A stretch of DNA of 64,000 bases from positions 32,001 through 96,000 of IMG/VR virus record IMGVR_UViG_3300000439_000004. One strand, given 5' to 3'. This stretch comes from a virus (taxonomy: Duplodnaviria > Caudoviricetes). The notes beneath the pieces are model-generated. The model was not told where the DNA came from and did no database searches. It saw only the letters and a list, made by a program, of their open reading frames with translations. This document shows positions 45,461-56,325 of the stretch, piece after piece. The translations under genes and the position numbers were made by a program. The number at the start of each line of letters is the position of its first letter. Position 1 is the first letter of the stretch.

Positions 45461-47308
45461 ATGGATAAGAATACAACATATAAAGATAATAGAATCCTTT
45501 TAATCGAATACGATGCAGGATACGTATCTCCTAAAGAAAATACTAAGATTATACAGGAAATGAAGGATTTGGACTATTCAGAAGACCTTATCCTTTATGC
45601 TGTGCTACAAAAATATGATACACCAAATAAGAATGGTAGAATTTATCCCGAAGTATTATTAAAGAGGGAAAACGAAAAATATCAATCTGTAATTAAAAAA
45701 GGTAGTGCTTTAAATGAATTAAATCACCCTTCATGTCACACGGGTGATGTTGATATTTTAACAACCTCTGGTTGGAAAAATATCCAAAATTTAAGTGAGT
45801 TTGAAGAAATTATCACATTAAATGAAAATGGTGTTCAAGAGAACAAAAAAATTTATTCAACGGTAAAAGAAAAATATAAAGGTAAGATGATTCGATTATA
45901 TGGTCGTAACATTAATACTTTAGTAACTCCTAACCATAAATTTCCTGTTATAAACAATAAAAAATTTTCATTTATAACATCAGAAGAAATTTTAAAATCT
46001 TTTAATCAAAATAATAAACTTTCAAATTTTTATATACCTAAAGTAAGTAAAGTAAATGATTTGAAAAATGAATATTTTAAATTGGAAGGGGTTTTAGAAA
46101 ATGAATTTGATATAAGATGTGAGGAAGATGTTAAATTTTTATATAAAAAAGATTTATATATACCTATGGATGTTTTTATGTGGTTTATGGGTATATATTT
46201 ATCTGAAGGACATGTTGGTTTAAGTAGCGTTAAAAAAAGAAAATCAATTCTTTCAAATGGTGAAACATGTTACTATGAATCATCCGATAATGGTTATATT
46301 GTTGGTATTTCGCAAAAAAAAGAAGAATCTACAGAATTAATTGAGGGATTATTATCTTTTTTACCGTTTAATGTAAAAAAATATGTTAAAAAAAATGGTA
46401 CAACTTCATTTATAATTAATGATAGACGATTGTGGAAATTTTTAAAACCTTTGGGAAAATCACATCAAAAATATATCCCTGAAATCTTAAAAAATCAATC
46501 ACCTGAAAATTTAGAAAACCTTATTAAATGGTTTAAATTAGGAGACGGTAGAACTATTGGAAAATACAACCAATCTGATATATTTTCAACATCAGAAAAA
46601 TTAATTAATGATTTGCAAGAAATTCTAATAAAAACAGGTAAGTCTGGAAATATTAGAAAAGAAATAAGAAATAAAGATAGGTTTATTATTGAAGATAATG
46701 GTAAAAAACGTCTAATAAAAGGTGAAAATACCAAAGACATGTGGTTTTTAACATTATCAAAAACAAATGGGATATATTTAGACAATCGTAGTCTTAAAGT
46801 TACTGAAGAAGATTTCGATGACTATGTTTATTCTGTTGACGTTCCAAACCATACGTATTATGTTAGAAGTAATGGTAAGTGTCATTGGACTGGAAATTCT
46901 TCACTTATCGACTTAGATAGAGTTTCACATTCAATATTGGAAACATGGTGGGATGGAAAAATGTTAATGGGGAAAATTAAATTATTCACATCACCAGGTT
47001 GGAAAAAAATGGGCATTGTTAGTACCAAGGGTGACCAAGCTGCAATGTTATTAATGAACGGAGCAACACTTGGTATTTCTTCACGCGGTGTTGGTTCATT
47101 AAAGAATGTTAAAGGACAAAACATAGTTCAAGATGATTTTGAATTAGTGTGTTTTGACTTAGTATCATCACCATCTACACCTGGTGCATACATTTTTGCA
47201 GATCCATCTGAAAGAGACCAATATCAAGAATCTGAAGGAGAAAAACCTGCGGTAGACGATCGCATGAAAAAATTAATGGGTAATTTAAATAATTTTTTAT
47301 CAAAATAA
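45461..47308 (+). CDS. gp21: Prohead protease (gp21-like) with a LAGLIDADG intein (45734-46897)
   Basis: NKNGRIYP, ELNHP, GISSRGVGS, DLVSSPSTPGA; intein C...TGN/S. Confidence 0.95.
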   Translation: MDKNTTYKDNRILLIEYDAGYVSPKENTKIIQEMKDLDYSEDLILYAVLQKYDTPNKNGRIYPEVLLKRENEKYQSVIKKGSALNELNHPSCHTGDVDILTTSGWKNIQNLSEFEEIITLNENGVQENKKIYSTVKEKYKGKMIRLYGRNINTLVTPNHKFPVINNKKFSFITSEEILKSFNQNNKLSNFYIPKVSKVNDLKNEYFKLEGVLENEFDIRCEEDVKFLYKKDLYIPMDVFMWFMGIYLSEGHVGLSSVKKRKSILSNGETCYYESSDNGYIVGISQKKEESTELIEGLLSFLPFNVKKYVKKNGTTSFIINDRRLWKFLKPLGKSHQKYIPEILKNQSPENLENLIKWFKLGDGRTIGKYNQSDIFSTSEKLINDLQEILIKTGKSGNIRKEIRNKDRFIIEDNGKKRLIKGENTKDMWFLTLSKTNGIYLDNRSLKVTEEDFDDYVYSVDVPNHTYYVRSNGKCHWTGNSSLIDLDRVSHSILETWWDGKMLMGKIKLFTSPGWKKMGIVSTKGDQAAMLLMNGATLGISSRGVGSLKNVKGQNIVQDDFELVCFDLVSSPSTPGAYIFADPSERDQYQESEGEKPAVDDRMKKLMGNLNNFLSK

Positions 47309-47387
47309 CCACTTTTTTATTGATTTTAATAGAGAAAAAATAGTTTTTCAAAAAAACATAATATTTATAATAAAATAAAAAATACAA

Positions 47388-48842
47388 ATGAGTCAAAAAT
47401 CCATTTTAGAACAAGCTTTACTTCAAGTACAAAATCTTGAAGATGCAGTAAAAGTAAACGCAAAAGGAATACTTGAATCTACCATGAAACAAGAATTAAA
47501 AGATTTACTTAAAGAAAGTATGGAAGAAGAGGAAGATGTAACAACAGAAGCAGATGACGATGTTGATACGAATCCTGACGAAGAGGAAACAGATGATATG
47601 TCAGACGACACAGATGAAACAGATGTAGATGATACAGATGGTAATGAAGGTGACGATACTGAAAATGATGAAGACCTTGATAAAGAACCTGATAATGATT
47701 CAGATGATTATGGAAATGATGAGGATTCTTTAGACGAAGAAGGTGAAGAAGATGAACCATCAATTGATGATTCAGATGATTCAGATGATTCAGATGTTAT
47801 GGACATGACTGGTGCATCACATGATGAAGTTTTGAAAGTTTTTAAAGCAATGAAACCAGAAGATGGTATTGTAGTTAAAAAAGATGGAAACAAAATTGAA
47901 TTTAATGATGGTGAGTCAGATTACATTATCAAATTAGATGATGAAGGTGAAATGGATGAAAATTGGGAGCACGATATGGCTGAAAACGATAATCCATTCG
48001 ATAAAAAAGTTGGTAATCCAAAAATGAGACCTGGACATTCAGTTATTACTGGAAAAGGAGCTGGTTCACATAGTGAAACTTTTAATAAACCTTCAACGGA
48101 AGACCATGATCCATTCGATAAAAAAGTTGGTAATCCAAAAATGAGACCTGGACATTCAGTTGCAATTGACGAAAATGATGAACCATTTTCTAAGAAAGTT
48201 ACTGGTAAATTAAAATCAGAAAAAGGTCATTCAGTAGCAATGGACGAAAATGGTGATCCTTATTCTAAAAAAACAAGTCAACCAAAAATGAGACCTGGTC
48301 ATTCAGTAGCAATGGACGAAACAGACGAAACTGTTTATGAAATTGAACTTGATGACGAAGGTAAAGAAGGTGATCAAAATGAAGCATCAAGAACATTCGG
48401 TAATGGAGTAAGAGGACCAAGACAAAAATATACGTATCAAGCTGGTCGTCACGAAATGAACGAAGAAATTAGTAAATTAAGAAAACAAAACGCTGAGTAT
48501 AAGAAAGCTTTAGTTTTATTCAAAGACAAACTTAACGAGGTTGCAGTATTCAACGCTAATCTTGCACACATGACATGTTTATTTACCGAACAAACAACAA
48601 CTAAAAAAGAGAAATTGAATATTATTAAGAGATTTGATTCAATTTCTTCAATAAACGAATCAAAAAATTTGTTTAGAATAATCGAAACTGAATTAACTGA
48701 CAAAAAACCAATTAGTGAAGCAGTAGTAGAAAAAATCTCTATGACACCAACATCTTCTTCTACGAATGTATTATCAGAAGCAAAAGCATATGAAAATCCA
48801 CAATTCAAGAGAATGAAAGATTTAATGTCAAAATTAAAATAA
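47388..48842 (+). CDS. Prohead scaffold/core protein
   Basis: Acidic, coiled-coil C-terminus, between protease and capsid. Confidence 0.75.
   Translation: MSQKSILEQALLQVQNLEDAVKVNAKGILESTMKQELKDLLKESMEEEEDVTTEADDDVDTNPDEEETDDMSDDTDETDVDDTDGNEGDDTENDEDLDKEPDNDSDDYGNDEDSLDEEGEEDEPSIDDSDDSDDSDVMDMTGASHDEVLKVFKAMKPEDGIVVKKDGNKIEFNDGESDYIIKLDDEGEMDENWEHDMAENDNPFDKKVGNPKMRPGHSVITGKGAGSHSETFNKPSTEDHDPFDKKVGNPKMRPGHSVAIDENDEPFSKKVTGKLKSEKGHSVAMDENGDPYSKKTSQPKMRPGHSVAMDETDETVYEIELDDEGKEGDQNEASRTFGNGVRGPRQKYTYQAGRHEMNEEISKLRKQNAEYKKALVLFKDKLNEVAVFNANLAHMTCLFTEQTTTKKEKLNIIKRFDSISSINESKNLFRIIETELTDKKPISEAVVEKISMTPTSSSTNVLSEAKAYENPQFKRMKDLMSKLK
47992..48310 (+). repeat. Four-copy peptide repeat (PFDKKVGNPKMRPGHSV-like) in the scaffold
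   Basis: 53-nt identical copies at 47992-48044 and 48109-48161 plus two diverged copies. Confidence 0.85.
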
Positions 48843-48882
48843 AAATAAATAAAAATAAAACAAAAATTAAAAAACAATTAAA

Positions 48883-50673
48883 ATGGGAGCATTATTAGAA
48901 TCAGGTATGGTTGGTAATATAGGGTTAAAACACCTTAGAGTTATCAAAGAAGATACCATCAGCAAATGGGACTCATTAGGATTCTTAGAGGGTCTTGATG
49001 GTCATCAAAGAGAAAACGTGGCGCAATTATACGAAAACCAAGCGTCATATTTGATAAACGAAGCAGCGACTGCAGATGCATCAGGTTCTTTTGAAACTGT
49101 TGTATTCCCTATCATCAGACGTGTATTCTCTAAATTATTAGCGAATGATATCGTATCTGTACAGGCAATGAACTTACCAATTGGTAAATTGTTCTTCTTC
49201 ATTCCAAAAATACAAGATAGATATTCTGATCCTTTAACAGGACCAAACTCACACTACCACCCTTACGGTTATCCAAGTACTTCTTCTACATGGAACGAAG
49301 GTTACTTAAACCAAGCACAAAATTTATATGATCGTTTTTACACTAACGGTGATGGTAACGATGCTAATTCAAGTTTATATGACTATTCTAAAGGTCAATA
49401 TTCTGCAATCACTGGTATTGTACCAGCATCTGCAGTTACTTTTAGTAATGGTGTAGTTAGTTCATTACCACTTACTGGTATAACAGGTACAAGTGCACAA
49501 CCTTACATAGTGTTAGCATTTACTGGTTTCACTACAACAGGTGAAGGTCAATTAATCGGTCCAAATGGTAACATTATGGACACAGAAGAATTCTTAGCAT
49601 CTATGGAAATTTTCATTGGTGGTTCTTTAAGTTCAAATACTTATCAAGGTTCTTTATCAAGAAATTTCTCTATCGTTACACAAAAATATGGTAAAGGTAT
49701 TGTTGAGTACGGTCAAAAATTAACTTCAACATTCCCAACACAATCAAGTGGTCAATATTATGTTGATACTGTAAACCAACAAGGTACAATGTATGTTCAA
49801 GTGGATATGCAAAACTACACTACAACTGGTTTCACTAACATAGTACCAGGTACAGGTTTCACATTATCTGATTTTTCACTAAGTTATAGAGTATACGATA
49901 CATTGGAATTTGAAGATCAAATTGGTGAGGTATCTTTTGATTTGCAATCTGTAACTGTTTCTGTAACAGAAAGAAAATTAAGAGCATCATGGTCTCCTGA
50001 ATTGGCTCAAGACGTAAGTGCTTTCCATAACATTGATGCTGAAGCTGAATTAACCGCTTTATTATCTGAACAAATTGCAGCAGAAGTTGACCGTGAAATC
50101 CTTCGTGATTTGAGAAAAGGTGCAGCATGGAATGCTAAATGGGATTACAATGAGTGGAGATATGGTGGTGCTAACGGTGCTACTTTACAAGGTTACACTC
50201 AAAAAGACTGGAACCAAACATTGATTACAAAAATCAATCAGTTATCAGCTCAAATCCATAAAACTACTTTAAGAGGTGGTGCTAACTGGATCGTTGTTTC
50301 ATCAGAAGTTTCTGCAGTATTCGATGATTTAGAGTACTTCCACGTTTCAAACGCATCTCCTGAAGAAGATCAATACAACATGGGTATCGAGAAAATTGGT
50401 ACTTTAGGTGGTCGTTATCAAGTTTATCGTGATCCATACTTCCCACCTAACAAAGTGTTAATTGGACATAAAGGTAAATCATTGTTAGATAGTGGTTACA
50501 TATACGCACCATACGTGCCATTGCAACTTACCCCAACAATGTTTAATCCGTTCACTATGACACCGATTAAAGGTATCATGACTAGATACGCGAAAAAAAT
50601 GGTCAATAACCGCTACTTCGGGGTTATTACCGTAAGAGGTATTCAAGTGTTTAACAATGACACATTAAGATAA
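48883..50673 (+). CDS. gp23: Major capsid protein (gp23-like)
   Basis: VSVQAMNLPIG, RKLRASWSPELAQD, YAPYVPL, GIMTRY motifs. Confidence 0.97.
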   Translation: MGALLESGMVGNIGLKHLRVIKEDTISKWDSLGFLEGLDGHQRENVAQLYENQASYLINEAATADASGSFETVVFPIIRRVFSKLLANDIVSVQAMNLPIGKLFFFIPKIQDRYSDPLTGPNSHYHPYGYPSTSSTWNEGYLNQAQNLYDRFYTNGDGNDANSSLYDYSKGQYSAITGIVPASAVTFSNGVVSSLPLTGITGTSAQPYIVLAFTGFTTTGEGQLIGPNGNIMDTEEFLASMEIFIGGSLSSNTYQGSLSRNFSIVTQKYGKGIVEYGQKLTSTFPTQSSGQYYVDTVNQQGTMYVQVDMQNYTTTGFTNIVPGTGFTLSDFSLSYRVYDTLEFEDQIGEVSFDLQSVTVSVTERKLRASWSPELAQDVSAFHNIDAEAELTALLSEQIAAEVDREILRDLRKGAAWNAKWDYNEWRYGGANGATLQGYTQKDWNQTLITKINQLSAQIHKTTLRGGANWIVVSSEVSAVFDDLEYFHVSNASPEEDQYNMGIEKIGTLGGRYQVYRDPYFPPNKVLIGHKGKSLLDSGYIYAPYVPLQLTPTMFNPFTMTPIKGIMTRYAKKMVNNRYFGVITVRGIQVFNNDTLR

Positions 50674-50692
50674 TCTTATAAAAAACAAAATA

Positions 50693-50722
50693 AAAAACCT
50701 TCGAGAAATCGAAGGTTTTTTT
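50693..50722 (+). terminator. Intrinsic terminator after the major capsid gene
   Basis: AAAAACCTTCG-AGAAAT-CGAAGGTTTTT plus U tract. Confidence 0.85.
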
Positions 50723-50768
50723 ATGTCTTTTAATTGACAATTGATTTTTTGGTGTATTTATATTATAT

Positions 50769-51464
50769 TTGTTTATTATGAAGAAAAAAGAAATTACCGA
50801 AGAAGGGTTGAAAAATTTAATAAAAGATTATACTGATAATTTTTTAAGTTCAAACACATTATCTGAAAAATATGATTTACCTAAAAAAAGAGTTTTATTA
50901 ATATTAAAAGAAAATAATATTAAAATGAGAAATTCTGGAAGATTAGATCTTGGTGGAAAAAAAATTGCAAATAAAAAATGGATTGAATTAAATAAAGAAT
51001 ATGTTAGTAAAAAACAAAAAGAATGGTATGAAGATAATAAAGAATATAGAAAAAATTATCTAAAAGAATATCGAAAAAATAATTACGAAAAAATAAAAGA
51101 AACAAAACGTAATTATGAAAAAACGCGTAAATCAAATGATCCGTTATATAAATTAATTGGTAATTTTAGGACAGCAATTTATATTGTTCTAAAAGAAAAT
51201 AACATAAAAAAATATGGACATTATTTTGATATATTAGGTTATAAACCGAAGGATTTGATAGAACATTTGGAAAAAAAATTTACGGATGAGATGACATGGG
51301 ATAATTATGGTGAATGGCATGTTGATCATAAATTACCAATAACATCATTTAATTTTAAAGATATAAATGATGAGGAGTTTAAAAAATGTTGGTCGTTGGA
51401 TAATCTTCAACCAATGTGGGGTTCTGAAAACATATCTAAATCTAATAAATTATTTTTTGCTTAA
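50769..51464 (+). CDS. HNH-like endonuclease
   Basis: WHVDHKLP...NLQPMWGSENISKSN motif. Confidence 0.8.
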   Translation: MFIMKKKEITEEGLKNLIKDYTDNFLSSNTLSEKYDLPKKRVLLILKENNIKMRNSGRLDLGGKKIANKKWIELNKEYVSKKQKEWYEDNKEYRKNYLKEYRKNNYEKIKETKRNYEKTRKSNDPLYKLIGNFRTAIYIVLKENNIKKYGHYFDILGYKPKDLIEHLEKKFTDEMTWDNYGEWHVDHKLPITSFNFKDINDEEFKKCWSLDNLQPMWGSENISKSNKLFFA

Positions 51465-51490
51465 TAATTTTTTTTTATTATATTTGTGTT

Positions 51491-51799
51491 ATGGGAGAAA
51501 TTGAATATGAAAAACTACGTTTAGATGTTTTACAAAAATTAATTGAAGAACGTGGAATTGAATGTAAATCAAACAAAACAGAAATAATAAAACATCTTAT
51601 AATGGATGATGAAGGAAAGTATATTAGAGAAACGACATATGAGAAATATGGAAAAGATATGTTTCTTTGTGGTATTGATATAAAAAATCAAAAACACATT
51701 ATGGATATGAGTAAACTAATAGAAAAAAAAGAAGCAAAAAGATTCGATATGTATTCAAATAATAGAATACATTATATAACAAAACAAAAATTAATGTAA
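51491..51799 (+). CDS. Hypothetical protein (SAP/HeH-like N-terminus)
   Basis: 102 aa ORF. Confidence 0.55.
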   Translation: MGEIEYEKLRLDVLQKLIEERGIECKSNKTEIIKHLIMDDEGKYIRETTYEKYGKDMFLCGIDIKNQKHIMDMSKLIEKKEAKRFDMYSNNRIHYITKQKLM

Positions 51800-52239
51800 T
51801 GGAATGGAATGAATATTTTTTAAGTATTGCAGAACAAGTAAAAGTAAAATCAAAAGATATTAATACACAGATAGGTGCGGTTATCGTTGGGAGTGACAGG
51901 GAGATACTTTCTACGGGTTATAATTCGTTTCCAAGGGGTTTGGATGATACGAAAGAAGAACGTCAGGAAAGACCTGAAAAGTACTTCTGGATGGAACATG
52001 CTGAACGTAATGCAATATATAATGCGGCAAGAGTTGGAACACCAATAAAAGATTCATCAATTTATATCACATCTGGTGTTCCTTGTATGGATTGTGCAAG
52101 AGGAATAATTAATTCAGGTATTAAAAAAGTATATTGTAAAAGGGTTTGTACTACTACAAATAAAGATATGTGGGATGAACACCAGAAACGTAGCATAGAC
52201 ATGTTACATGAATGTGGTGTGGAAGTTATATTTTATTAG
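51799..52239 (+). CDS. dCMP deaminase
   Basis: HAERNAI, PCMDC motifs. Confidence 0.92.
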   Translation: MEWNEYFLSIAEQVKVKSKDINTQIGAVIVGSDREILSTGYNSFPRGLDDTKEERQERPEKYFWMEHAERNAIYNAARVGTPIKDSSIYITSGVPCMDCARGIINSGIKKVYCKRVCTTTNKDMWDEHQKRSIDMLHECGVEVIFY

Positions 52240-52726
52240 GTAATTGATCGTAATAATTTTTTAATTGATGTTCGTATTTAAAATATTTTATATTATCCGG
52301 TGGATTATAATTAACCATTTCTCTACCTTTAATTACCAATCCATCATAACCTAAATTTAACATTTCAGTTCTTATATCAGTTTGATTAAAAAATTCAGTT
52401 GGATTATAAGACATATTGCGTTCTTTACACCAATTGTTAATTACATTTTGAAGAAAGATTTCTGCCAAATTTGCATCATGAACAACTTTTGGTGTTTTTG
52501 GAATAGCATTTAATACGAAATAAACTTTACCGTATTTGTTTGCCATACTTTTATTACTTAGAAATGCAGTATATAATCCTGAACCAAATCTACCACCCGC
52601 ATTATTTTCTTTACCGAGTTCATTAACACCACGTAACGTTACATTTTTACGTTTCCATTTAAGATAATCTTGGTGAGATTGTTCGGTTAATGTTTTTAGT
52701 TGTTCTTCTGTTATAATTATTTTCAT
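52226..52726 (-). CDS. Putative ART-fold protein with MKIIITEEQL leader
   Basis: TLRG...FGSGLYTA...MANKYG pattern. Confidence 0.45.
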   Translation of the reverse strand: MKIIITEEQLKTLTEQSHQDYLKWKRKNVTLRGVNELGKENNAGGRFGSGLYTAFLSNKSMANKYGKVYFVLNAIPKTPKVVHDANLAEIFLQNVINNWCKERNMSYNPTEFFNQTDIRTEMLNLGYDGLVIKGREMVNYNPPDNIKYFKYEHQLKNYYDQLPNKI

Positions 52727-53262
52727 AAATTATTATTAGGTAATTTAGTGTCTTTTATGAATTTACTATGTGAATTTTTATAAGATTTTTGTGATTCATC
52801 TTCCACATCTTTTGTGTATTGCCAGTTCCAATATAAGTCATTGTTTGGTTTGAATTCGTAAAATCTATGTACTTCTTTTTGAAGGTTATTAACATTTTCA
52901 CCATTCCAATTTTGACCAACACATATATAACCGGTTTCAATATCTTTAACTAAATTTTGTTCACCTAAAGTTGTCCTAATATTTTCTATCCAATTTAATC
53001 TTTCAATTAAATTTTGATAATACATATTGGTTTGTCCCCATCTTATTGAACTAAAAAAAATGACAGCATCAGATTCAAACAATTCTTTACTAATCTTCCA
53101 AAGTTCGTCTTTTGGGTTATTAAAACTTGCCCAACATCTGTGATGACCTGATGGGTTTTTATCTTTATCTTTAAGTTTTGATTTTAATAAACCACAAGTA
53201 TTATCATCTTTTCTTGATACATTTCCCTCACAAGGTAAAATATTTAATTCTGGAACATCTAT
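52723..53262 (-). pseudogene. 5'-truncated flavodoxin-like/NADPH-dependent FMN reductase
   Basis: Startless frame IDVPELNILPCEGNVS...ELFESDAVIFFSSIRWG. Confidence 0.6.
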
Positions 53263-53299
53263 TTAAAATATTTTTTATTCTATAAACAAATGCCATAAT

Positions 53300-54028
53300 T
53301 TACCAAAATTTACAGCTCCAGTATCTCGGAGAGGTTTTATCTTTAGCAGTATCACAATGGTGTCTTGCTCTAAATGATTTACGATGTGATGGGATATGTT
53401 TTTTAATTCTCATATTTGGGTCACCAAAATTAACTTTTATAACATTACCCTTTTCATTTTTAACATAAACAGAACGTTTTTTGGGTCCATTTGGTGTTAA
53501 AAATGGTTTACCTAACTGAACTTTTCTTCCTTTATATTCTGCTTCATTCAATAATTCATCAGGAATGAAATTAGTATTTTGAACAGAACCAAATTCATCT
53601 TCAAAAATAATATCATTATTCTCATCAAATTCATTTAATGAATGTATTTCTTTTAAAATTAAATTTGTAATATTACTTATAATTTCTTCATTATAATGAG
53701 TTAATTTAGGTGAGTTACCAGTACCACTTTTTGGGTGATCTTTTTCTGCATTTCTTTTTTGATTCGTCATTGCCTTTTTTTCTTTTTTTGTATATGAATT
53801 AGCTGTTTTTGGCGTTTCTTTTGAAACTTTTTTGGATGGTCTACATTTTGGGTAACTTCCATCTGCCGCCTTCTTTCTTCCACATGGTGGATGTTTTCCA
53901 TTAACTTTTTTGCTAACGTCAACCCATTTTTCTTTAAACCATCTATTAAGATCTTCTTTTAAAACCTCACCAGATTCTAAAGATTCTTGAATGTAATTAA
54001 AATCTTCTTTATTAACTAATATTTTCAT
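53300..54028 (-). CDS. Basic mosaic hypothetical protein, probable internal head protein
   Basis: RWFKEKWVD...YPKCRP and VNFGDPNM...RARHHC...RYWSC modules. Confidence 0.7.
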   Translation of the reverse strand: MKILVNKEDFNYIQESLESGEVLKEDLNRWFKEKWVDVSKKVNGKHPPCGRKKAADGSYPKCRPSKKVSKETPKTANSYTKKEKKAMTNQKRNAEKDHPKSGTGNSPKLTHYNEEIISNITNLILKEIHSLNEFDENNDIIFEDEFGSVQNTNFIPDELLNEAEYKGRKVQLGKPFLTPNGPKKRSVYVKNEKGNVIKVNFGDPNMRIKKHIPSHRKSFRARHHCDTAKDKTSPRYWSCKFW

Positions 54029-54036
54029 TGTTTATA

Positions 54037-54366
54037 TTATTTAACTGTTCTCCATCCACCACCTTTAGATTTATATCTTTTAGCAGCAGCACCATTACAA
54101 TATGCACTTGGACAGACTTTGTATTTAGATCTTGCCCACGCTAAACAACTAGCCCATAATTTTGAGTTTGTTGGTTTGTGTTTTGCTTCATCTATTTCCA
54201 TTTCTTCATTGTCTTCGTTTATTGTTTTATTTTTAGGAACACAATTAGGAACTTCTTTTCCATTTTTCATTTTTTTACCAACCATTTTATAACCCTCCCA
54301 ACAAGTACTATCCATTTTTTCATTAAGGATTGATCTTAATTGTTCTTCTGTTATTATTATTTTCAT
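54037..54366 (-). CDS. Basic hypothetical protein with MKIIITEEQL leader
   Basis: CWEGY...VPNCVP and PSAY...YKSKGGGW modules. Confidence 0.7.
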   Translation of the reverse strand: MKIIITEEQLRSILNEKMDSTCWEGYKMVGKKMKNGKEVPNCVPKNKTINEDNEEMEIDEAKHKPTNSKLWASCLAWARSKYKVCPSAYCNGAAAKRYKSKGGGWRTVK

Positions 54367-54372
54367 ATTTTA

Positions 54373-54918
54373 TTAATTAATATATGCGTTTAGTTCGTAT
54401 TTTTTACCCAAGTCAGTTACTTGTATTTGTAATGCCTTTCTTTGTTCTCTACCATTTTTGAAAAGGGTGATAGTAAATCTATTTGTTCTACCATTTCTTG
54501 GTCTAGCAGGACCAAAACCTATTTTAGTTGCTGTTTCATCTTTATCATATTCATAACCTCTAGCTTCAGCATATTCCAATGCTGAATTTATTGCGGAAGT
54601 ATATGTATCGTGATATACTTTATAATCAAATTTTGATTCATTTAAATTTTGTTGTTCAAAATAACCTTCCATAAAGTTTGCAACTTCTTCAATATCATCT
54701 TTTGATGTTGTGATATGGTCTGCGGCCCAAGCATGTTCACCAGTGATTAATTTATCAAAACCTGGATGATGTTTAAAATTCAATATTTTTTCAATATCAT
54801 TTTTCAAATTAACTAAATTAGATAGAACCATATATGTACCATCATTTTTTTCTTTTTCAATTTGTTCAGAAATAATTCTTTTTAATTGAGCTTCACTAAT
54901 TTTAATTTTTCTTTTCAT
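54373..54918 (-). CDS. Hypothetical protein with KIKISEAQL leader
   Basis: Likely start MKRKIK after a TATTTAT motif. Confidence 0.7.
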   Translation of the reverse strand: MKRKIKISEAQLKRIISEQIEKEKNDGTYMVLSNLVNLKNDIEKILNFKHHPGFDKLITGEHAWAADHITTSKDDIEEVANFMEGYFEQQNLNESKFDYKVYHDTYTSAINSALEYAEARGYEYDKDETATKIGFGPARPRNGRTNRFTITLFKNGREQRKALQIQVTDLGKKYELNAYIN

Positions 54919-54931
54919 AATATATAAATAC

Positions 54932-56302
54932 TTATTTTTCTGATACAATCTCAAATTTTATTTGATCTTTATAATAAATTTCTTCTGTATGTGTATGACC
55001 TTTAAATTCCATATAATATTCTCTTGGAATTAAATAATTGGTATCTAAATAGAAGGAGTTTTCGTTGGTTACATCTAATTGTGTCCAATCGTAAACAATA
55101 ACGTCAGTGTGACCTTCTTTCACAAAAAGTCTATAATAAACTTCTTTAAATAATTGTGTTTTTGGTACATCTATTGATCTAAATGAAACGACAATTTTTC
55201 TTATATCACCTTGTTTTATTTTATCAGATTGTTTGATTCCAAAATATTGTATTGAATATCTTTGTAGTTCTGTTTGATTAGTACCAACTGTGAAATTTGC
55301 TGAGTATGGATTTGGAATAAATTTTTGTGTTACATCGTTAATTGATATACCATCTAAACTTAATGATTTCCATTTATCATAGAAGAATCTTCTACCATCA
55401 CAAATCTGACCTGATAGACCAAATGTGACTTTATAAATACCTTTTCTTATCTTTGTTGTAGTTAACCCAGTAAGTGTTGGGATTGGGGTATTTGATGAAT
55501 CTAAAATATCAACAGTAGGAAGATAATCTAAATCATAAAAATTAGTTCCTTTTGTTACATATAAATATAAATTTTGGGGACTATTTTCTATAAATAAATT
55601 TCTATCATCATCTATTCTATCATCAAAAATTGTTTCAACAAATGGTTCAAAAAACGTTTGTGTATATTTTGTAAAGAAAGCAACAGATTGTTCAAGAGAG
55701 TTAGTTATACTTTGATATGGTACTGAGAATGCAAGTCCTAATCCATAATTTGTAGAATCACCAGTTAAAATACTATTAATATAAGATGTGATATCTACAT
55801 TTATATTTTCATTTCCGTTATCAAAATGAATAGTATTGATAATTGTTGGGTTTGTATCATAGATACCAGGTGTTGTCCAACCACTTAATGTTGTTTTATT
55901 ATACCAGTTAGATGGTTTAATATCATATGTGTGATTATCTATTGAAATATCTGCAGTATATTCGTAATCGTAACCTGTACCTTCATCCCAATATTCATCT
56001 ATTTGAAATATAATCAAATCAAATGAGCTGGTTCTTTGTTTACCAGTATTTTTGATTTCATTTCTCATTGTTTCATCACCAAATATTGTGTTGGTCATGT
56101 TAAGATAATGTTTTGTATTAGAATCTATTACAAAATCATTATTATCTATTTTGTATTTTAAATCGGTTAAATCTACTTTAAAAATGAATTTAGAAAATCC
56201 ATTACCATAGTATAATTCGGTAGCTGGAAATTTTGATGTGTTGACATCAGAATTTTTAATTATTGTATTGTTTTTTTCAAAATATGAACGAAAATATGAC
56301 AT
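54932..56302 (-). CDS. Putative virion structural protein
   Basis: 456 aa, beta-rich, next to baseplate-like gene. Confidence 0.55.
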   Translation of the reverse strand: MSYFRSYFEKNNTIIKNSDVNTSKFPATELYYGNGFSKFIFKVDLTDLKYKIDNNDFVIDSNTKHYLNMTNTIFGDETMRNEIKNTGKQRTSSFDLIIFQIDEYWDEGTGYDYEYTADISIDNHTYDIKPSNWYNKTTLSGWTTPGIYDTNPTIINTIHFDNGNENINVDITSYINSILTGDSTNYGLGLAFSVPYQSITNSLEQSVAFFTKYTQTFFEPFVETIFDDRIDDDRNLFIENSPQNLYLYVTKGTNFYDLDYLPTVDILDSSNTPIPTLTGLTTTKIRKGIYKVTFGLSGQICDGRRFFYDKWKSLSLDGISINDVTQKFIPNPYSANFTVGTNQTELQRYSIQYFGIKQSDKIKQGDIRKIVVSFRSIDVPKTQLFKEVYYRLFVKEGHTDVIVYDWTQLDVTNENSFYLDTNYLIPREYYMEFKGHTHTEEIYYKDQIKFEIVSEK

Positions 56303-56325
56303 CTTTTTTATTATAAATATCTCAA

